A DNA stretch of 64,000 nt. It comes from Eledone cirrhosa (taxonomy: Eukaryota). This document shows, piece by piece, positions 26,801 to 35,800 of the stretch (positions are counted from its first letter, which is position 1; every line of letters starts with the position of its first letter). The stretch spans positions 17,918,001 to 17,982,000 of the forward strand of contig OZ024754.1 in NCBI GenBank assembly GCA_964016885.1, read 5' to 3'. Position numbers and translations under genes: made by a program. A model generated the notes under the pieces. The model was given only the letters and a program-made list of their open reading frames with translations, was not told the origin of the DNA and did no database searches.

Positions 26801-29800
26801 GGGTAGAATGAACTGTTTCTGCCTTACTCAGGACATGGCAGCCTCTCTAGTGCTGGTGCAATGATAAAATACACACAGTACACCCTGTAATGTGGTATTG
26901 CTAGTGCAGTGATAAAATACACCCAGTACACTCTGTAAAGTAGTAAAGCTGGTGCAGTGATAAAATACACACAGTACACCCTGTAATGTGGTATTGCTAG
27001 TGCAGTGATAAAATACACCCAGTACACTCTGTAAAGTAGTAAAGCTGGTGCAGTGATAAAATACACACAGTACACCCTGTAATGTGGTATTGCTAGTGCA
27101 GTGATAAAATACACCCAGTACACTCTGTAAAGTAGTAAAGCTGGTGCAGTGATAAAATACACACAGTACACCCTGTAATGTGGTATTGCTAGTGCAGTGA
27201 TAAAATACACCCAGTACACTCTGTAAAGTAGTAAAGCTGGTGCAGTGATAAAATACATCCAGTACACTCTGTAATGTGGTAATGCTGGTGCAATGATAAA
27301 ATACACCCAGTACACTCTGTAAAGTAGTAAAGCTGGTGCAGTGATAAAATACATCCAGTACACTCTGTAATGTGGTAATGCTGGTGCAATGATAAAATAC
27401 ACCCAGTACACTCTGTAATGTGGTAATGCTGGTGCAATGATATAATACACTCAGTACACCCTGTAATGTGGTAATGCTGGTGTAGTGATAAAATGCACCC
27501 TGTACACCCTGTAATGTGGTAATGCTGGTGCAATGATAAAATACATCCAATACACCCTGTAATGTGGTAATGCTGGTGCAATGATAAAATACACCCAGTA
27601 CACCCTGTAATGTGGTAATGCTGGTGCAATGATAAAATACACCCAGTACACCCTGTAATGTGGTAATGCTGGTGTAGTGATAAAATACACCCAGTACACC
27701 CTGTAATTTGGTAATGCTGGTGCAATGATAAAATACACCCAGTACACCCTGTAATGTGGTAATGCTGGTGTAGTGATAAAATACACCCAGTACACCCTGT
27801 AATTTGGTAATGGTGGTGCAATGATAAAATATACCCAGTACACTCTGTAAAGTGGTAATGCTGAAGACATGCATAAGCTGGGGAGAAATGAAACAGACTT
27901 CATTGGATGTGCAACATAAATGTCCATAAAAGGACCTGTCCAACCCATGCAAGTGTGGAAAAAAACGTTGATGATGATGAAGAAGAAACACTTATGGATG
28001 GAATCAAATTCAAATGTAAAAAAAAAATAACTTACAAGATTTACTGACAAGGAGATCATTTAACCGAAGATCAGATGAAGTACTATTTAAAATTTCATTC
28101 AAGATACCCATTATTTCTAGCTGTGACCGTTCATTTAATAGAAGTGCTGCCTTCATGAAGTCTTCCTGGTGTTCTCCTTCCACTCCAACTGCCAATATAA
28201 GTATAGCAATCTGAAACACAAGAAAAGCAACACAATGATATGATGATTTTATAGCAACATTCTATCATGTACCTTGGCTTTAGAATATGTACCCCACATC
28301 CCTGCATATCGTAAGAGACAACTAAAAAGGTTGGTATCAAGAAGGGCATTTGGCTGTAAAATATTGTTTCAAAACAACCCAACCCATGCACTCTATTTTA
28401 ATTAATTAAATAAAGGATTTACTAAATTTATTAATCATTTCATTACTAACATATGGTCCTTATATAAAATTAAGTTGGAACACTTCAATTTAAAAAGGAA
28501 CCCTTTAAACTGGGTGGTTTTGTTTGATAGCAATTGAACCAATATTAGCCATGATAAAAATCACTGTCCATACTATAAAATGGTTGCTGTTAGGAAGGCC
28601 AGCCAATTTATAGACACCAAACCAAAACAAAACGTACTAGCAGGACCTAGCTACCTGACCAATCTGGCCTCAGCATGTGGCAATCGTCAAGCATGGAAAA
28701 TAAACGTTAACCCTTTCATGATCATATTTCTAATGAAATCCATTCTATTTTAATTAATTAATGAAGAATTTCAAATGATTTACTAAAATTATTAATCATT
28801 TCATTACTAAGAAAGTAACTTAATGTAAGGTTATTATATAAAATTACGTTGGAAGACTCTAATTTAAATTAGAAACCTATAAAATGGGTGATTTTATTTC
28901 ATAGAATCAGAAGTGATTTTGGCCAGGCTAGCATTTAAACTGGCCATATCCAGCCAGGATTCTCTCACCTCTTTCTGTTCAAACCGGCTGTAACCGGCCA
29001 CTCATACTGATGTTATAGTATGGTTCTTAGTATAAATAACATCAAAATCTCATACATTCGATATTATGCAAGATAATTATGTAAGATAAAGCCTTTACTG
29101 TGAAATTACAATAGTATATATAGAGTAATGTAAACGTTAAAGGGTTTGTAGTGACTAGCGCCACCTTTGTCCGGGGAACAAAACTAATTGGAGTTACTTC
29201 CCCGTGACCCGAATATAAAGGAGTGTTCTGGCGCCTCTCTCTCTCTCTCTTGCAGCTTGACCGTGCTAAGGTAAACACCAATTCTTCTTTTGCTCCGCAA
29301 GCACGAACAATATGTAACGACAAAACATTACTACAGGCCTGGCAAACACCTCAGCCAGTCGACCGTACCTTCTCTTGCAATCTTAATTGGGTTATTTCAT
29401 TTCTTTTGGCATGCCAGCTTAATCCACCTCTTAACCTTTGTTAATAAATTATGTAAAAACATGCTAAAGTCTTGGTGATATATCTATTATACCTTATTGC
29501 TAAAACGGTGACCTCGCGTGTTGATAAATCTATTATATTCTTATTGCTAAAATGGTGACCCCGACGTGAGGAGTATTTAAGTACGAAATACTCCTTTAAA
29601 ATAAAAAATTAAAAAATTAATTGGCAGTATTTTCAAAATATTTTCAACACGAACACGCAGCAAAACAAATCACCATCACTAAAAATGGAAAAAACCCAAA
29701 CAAACTCCTTCGTTGCAGCAAACTCATCAACAATTCATATTAAATTCGCAACACGAAAGAACAAAAAAGATAAGGAACAAGCAGATGTATACACAGACAC

Positions 29801-32800
29801 CTAACTCGTGGTGAACTGTTCGTTGGGACACACTTTCTTCCACCTAACGTGGCATTTCAGACAAAAAAATTTCTCCGGCTTCAAAAGCACAAATTTTCTC
29901 CGACAAACAAAAAAAAAAAAAGTTTCTCCAAAGAACAATAACATTTTCCTACACCTCACGTGTTGTATCTAAATGTGTCTCACTCACTGGATATATATTT
30001 TGTTACATCTTTCATTTTCGGTAGCCATCTTGTCTTTCGTAAATTTCCCGTGCAAAAGAAATTTTTTCAACTTCAATTTCACCTTGTACTAGCACGTGTG
30101 CAGTGCACAATCTCACCCCACTGAGATACACACGCTTTGCTATTTCTTTCCAAGGACAAAGATTTGCGACACTACAATGTCGTAAATTGGGGTTAGTTAC
30201 TGTGCATTTATCCTGCATGCTCGTTTCTATGGTCGCAACTTCATCTGGACTTAAACAGATCAACGCTCAACCACAAAACTGACCTTCAATTTTGGCTGTT
30301 ATTTCTAACACTTTGCACACCAGTTTTTCTGGGATCTTCTAACTGTGAATAAGTTGTTTCCCTTGAAACAACTTCAAAAAAGGCTCTGCGATCGACAACC
30401 AACAATAATTTAATCTTTGCTCTTCTCTCAACAACTTCAAACCAGCAGAACAACAAACAGAACTGAGAATCCTTCTTGCAGGCATCTTCCTGTGCGAAAT
30501 TTCCACCATTCCCTTCGAAGGTTGGGAATTTCACGTTTTTCCACGGTATAGAAACCACCTGCACACATTCTCTTTGGACACTTTTTCCTACAGTTTCCCT
30601 GCTGCAATTGTGCTACATTCCTGTGAACACTGTTTGAACTGTATTATTTTTGTGGATCGGCAGTATCGGTAGAGGGTCGGACGCCATGCTTTCCAGCATA
30701 GTTACGTCCCTTTGCGGTCTGAGTTCAAATCCCACCGAGGTTAACTTTGCCTTTCATCCTTACGGGGTCGATAAAATAAAGTACCAGTAATGCACTGGAT
30801 AATTGATGGCCTTGTGCCAAAAGTAGAAACAATTATTTTTGTAATTGCTGGCCTTGTGCCTAAAGTAGAAACAATTATTTTTCAATGATTTGTTCCTGTT
30901 ACATTTATCATGCATGTTCATTTTATACTTTGCTCCTTTGCAAACTTTTGCCTTCCTTGTTTTGTTCTGTACGCCTTCTCGCTACATTTAACTTCTTCAT
31001 TATCGTCTGGAGGAGGGTATTGTAGTGACTAGCGCCACCTTTGTCCGGGGAACAAAACTAATTGGAGTTACTTCCCCTGTGGCCCGAATATAAAGGAGTG
31101 TTCTGGCGCCTCTCTCTATCTCTTGCAGCTTGACCTTGATAAGGTAAACACCAATTCTTCTTTTGCTCCGCAAGCACGAACAATATGTAACGACAAAACA
31201 TTACTACAGGCCTGGCCAACACCTCAGCCAGTCGACCGTACCTTCTCTTGCAATCTTAATTGGGTTATTTCATTTTTTTTGGCATGCCAGCTTAATCCAC
31301 CTCTTAACCTTTTTTAATAAATATGTAAAAACATGCTAAAGTCTTGGTGATATATCTATTATACCTTATTGCTAATAAAGCCTCTACTGTGAAAATACAA
31401 TAGTATATATAGAGTAATGTAAATGTTAAAGGGTTAAACAGCGATAATATTGGTACAAATCCATAGGTATACACACAGTATCAAATACAACTTACCTTCG
31501 CAAGTTCAAGTTCATTGTCTTTGTCAAAGTGTATTTGTTCAACAAGATTATGATGATGTTTATCTAGAAATAAAGATATGATGTCTTAGTCAAGCTAGGA
31601 AAGAGTTAATTAAAGAGAGATTATTATTCAACATTGATATTAATTAAACAGTGTTTTTATCTCATTACAGTTAGTTTTATTCCCATGGCGATATAATGTT
31701 AGACATTGCTACAAATCTGGACATATATTTACCCAAATTTCAAATTAATAATAATAATAATTTTCCAAACTGATCTGCTATTAAGTGGTAGTTTTTATTT
31801 CTAAGCTAGAAAAGCTGAAGTAAATATAATGTACTTTGTTTAAGGAGGACATAATCAATGCCTTGAGACATTTAAGTGACTTGAATGTCTGTTACTTCAT
31901 TTAGTTTCACCCACAGGATATATACATATACATCATCATCATCATCGTTTAACGTCCATTTTCCACGCTAGCATGGGTTAGATGGTTTTGTTCCATTTGA
32001 TGCGGGATTGGGTCAGGAGATTGTGTCTCGCTCATACAGAACTATCTCTGGCAGGTTTTCTATGGCTGGATGCCCTTCCTAACACCAACCACATTTACCA
32101 TGTGGACTGGGAGCCTTTTTACCGTGTCTCCTACATAACTTTACAGTGTGGACTGGGTGCTTTTTGTTGTGTCACCAACACAGTGGACACAAATGAGAGG
32201 ATGGAGTAGGGTGTGTGGGGTGTATATTTGGTTAAGAGGTGCCTACTGACTGTATGTTCGTATGCAAGAGAAGGCGGGTCTTCTGTATAACTGCATGGTG
32301 CCAAAGATCTCAATCCAGTGACATTGTCTTAGAGAGGTGTAAGTGAGCAAGGTCAGTTTTTATCACCTCGTTTCAGGTTTTTCTTGGTCTACCCACTCCG
32401 TAGCTTCCATCAATTTTGAGTGCTCTGCACTTTTTTATACAGCTGTTGTCCTTCATACGCATCACATGGCCATACCAATGCAATCTTCTCTCCATAACAC
32501 AACATTTAATACCTCTTATGCTTAGTCTCTCTCTCAATTCGTTTCTGCTTTGGCGTTCGCGCAAATTACTATTACACATCCATTGGAGCATGCAAGCTTT
32601 ATTTCTTTCTAATCTACGCAAGTCTTCAGTACACAACGCCCAAGTCTCACTACCATGTAATATTGCTATTCGTATACAAGCATCATACAATCTACCTTTC
32701 ACTTTTAGAGAAAACCCCTTATGGCCAACTGTATATATCATCATCATCACTGTTTTACGTCCATTTTTCCACGCTAGCATGGGTTAGACGATATATATAG

Positions 32801-35800
32801 TTAATAAATGAAACAAACAAAACACAGGAGGCAATTTTTACACAGATATTAGATTCAGATATTAAATGTGGTTGGCATTAGGAAGGGCATCCAACAATAG
32901 AAACCAACCAGAAACAGTTTTGGATGACAAGACACAGTCCCTTATCTCACTTGTCTAAACCATGCTAGCATGGAAAATTGACATTAAACAGTGCTGATGA
33001 AAGAGGGATCTTTGGATAAAGTCTTTGATTAACTATTCTGGGGTTATGAATGGTAAGCTAGAAGTCTACAACATCATGTAAGATGAAGGGAAAAATGACA
33101 GGTGCCCTTTCCTGAAATCCCTCACTTCAAATCCTCATGAGGAAGAAAGAGGTCCTATCACTTTATTCTTCCACTCATGTGACATTACTGTTCCTCTTGC
33201 AGTACACATAGCCCCACAACTATAACTAACTGTAACAATGAGAAAATGATGTAAACAACAAGAGAATAGTTTAACATTATACCTTCAAGAAACTTCTGAA
33301 TAATTTCAAAACGTTCTTTCTTTGTTGTCACATCATAGGAAGTGCCTTTTCTATAAACAAAGACAAAAAAAAAATATCAAATAAATATATAAAACAACAT
33401 GAGTTTGGTTGGTCACACTTGGGGATCCAGCCGGATCAGTTGGAGATGGTTGCTTTTGACAGGACCCGCTGGAGGGAGTGTTTGAGGACTCTGCCCCAAC
33501 GACCCTCTCAGGAATAAGTGGGTTAAGAAGAACAAGAACAAGAGATATTAATCATCAACATTGTTTAACGTCATTTTCCCTGGAAAAAAGAACTGGTAAT
33601 TAGCTCAATGTCCTGTTCCACATTAACTATACACTCTTGTTAATGTACAAAACATCACCATGACTGCATCACATTAAAAATGAAAGTCTTTAGTTTCATG
33701 CAAATTTTCACCATCTGTCCAATTCTAAAGATACTATAAACATTTGAATTAACAAATCTGGTTTTAGATATTTTTCTCTTAAATCCTTTCAGCATTTTAT
33801 TCAGACCAACTTTGAAATCTTCTGAAAGCAATAACAGATGGAAAAAAAAAACAAATGTTTGACTCAAAACAATTTATATCTGAAACTAGTCTGGAAAAAA
33901 AGTTGTTGACAGATTTTGTAATATTTATAATTTCAGGTCTTGTACTACCTCCGATATTACGAGCATGTGGTTAGAATGTCTCAGGAAAGAATCACTGGAC
34001 AGATTTTACAGACAAAACCAACCGGTAGAAGACCCAAGGGTAGAAAATACCTTGGTCAGTGTAGTCCTTCTTTTACTTGCAGTGACAGGCTTCTGACATC
34101 CATGTATAAATAATTATCTTTTTTAACACTCAATTCGATATAAACACATATTTATTATTAGAAAGCCAAATTTATATACACAGGAGGATATAAAAAATGA
34201 AAGCAATTACTGGTCATTAGGTTGAAGCTAGGCAGATACTGTCTAGAACAAAAGAGGTAACGTTGAATATCTCATACCGTAATAGAACAATTCCCGAAAT
34301 GTTGAATACGTCTCGTTGGTAAATATTTAGTTCCTCTTTACAGGAAAATATAGGCACTATTCCATAGTATGTCTTATCTTGCTGGCTAAGGTCATCCTTC
34401 TGGTGAGCTAGGTTTTACGAGGGGAAGGCAACAATGTATTCATACACGATCTAATACGATTGGTTTGTTTAACCAAATCACATATTGCAAGGTATGAAGT
34501 CGTTTTGTTACACTTTTTACCAACCTGGCTCTGTTTCTAATGAAATAAAGCCACCTATTTTAAAGGCTTCCAATTTAAATTAAAATCTTTCAGCATAATT
34601 TTATATAATAAGAACCTTACATCTTATTAATGAAACAATAATTTTAGTAAATCCATCAAAATTCTTCATTAATTAAAAGAGAGTGTATTTCATTAGAAAT
34701 GCTGCGATGATGAATGCCACGTTGTGAACAGTATACTATTAGTGAGCTTACTTGTCATCCAGTTTTGATTCCTTTGTGACTCAAAATAAAACAAATGAAT
34801 CAAAACTGGATGACAAGTTCACTAATACTTTGCTGTTTATTTCATAGAAATAATAAATCTTTACTTACATGAATATAAAGTACAATATTTTACATATATA
34901 AAAATAATATAAAGTACAATATTAAAACTTACATCTTATTTAATAAAGCAATAAACTGCTCTCCTTCTCTCAAATCATGGAGGGATTCGATAAGGTGGGA
35001 GTTTAGTTTGTTCAACTGAAATGGAAAAATTAAAAGTGCATATCAAAGATGGTTATTTCTCTAATGGCAATGGCTTCCTGTCTTTTTTCCAAAGACTTTA
35101 CTAAGTTTACTTTGAGACTTTTTAATTCTAGGTTTCTTTTTCATATCCTGTCCCAAAATGTTGTTGATATCATTCAATAGTAACCCTTTTGATACCAAAC
35201 TACCTGAAATCACCCGTTTCTATGATTAAAAACTGTTTTACAGTGATTTAATGTTACATAAGAATCCTTTGTTAAGTAATGTTCCAAAACGCGGTTTTAT
35301 AACAAGAAAGTAAATTATATTACGAAATCCATCCAAATTTTTGATTATTTTCGAATTTATTTGATTATAAGTAGAAGATTCAATTCAAAACATCGTAATA
35401 AAAAAGGATTAAATGTGAAGAACTTAGCTAAAAAAGACTGAAATACCTAATTTTCATTCATAAGATCAGAACTAAGAACTTATGAAGGTAAATTTAGTAT
35501 TTCAACATCTTTCACTATCGAGGTCAATAAATAAAATACGTCTAATAGGGTGTCAATTCTCTGGAAGAAATCAGCTGTGTTCCAAGCTGGGATGAATTCA
35601 ACCAGGTTTATAATGGTTTCTGATTTAAGCACAAGGCCATCAATTTTGAGCTAGTTGATTAAATCTACCCTAGTTGCATTACTGGTATCGACCCTGTAAG
35701 GATGAATGGCAAAGCTAACCTCGGCATGATTTGAACTCAGAATGTAAAGAGACGCAACTCTATGCCACAAAGTATGTTGGCCGACGCTCTATCGATTACT

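Noticed and set aside
29147-29502. Retrozyme (hammerhead-bearing LTR)
   Set aside because: I could not find a CUGANGA/GAAA core on either strand of the LTR.
30652-30740. tRNA gene
   Set aside because: A and B boxes are present, but there is no cloverleaf with an acceptor stem, and the sequence continues into a SINE core and tail seen in several copies.
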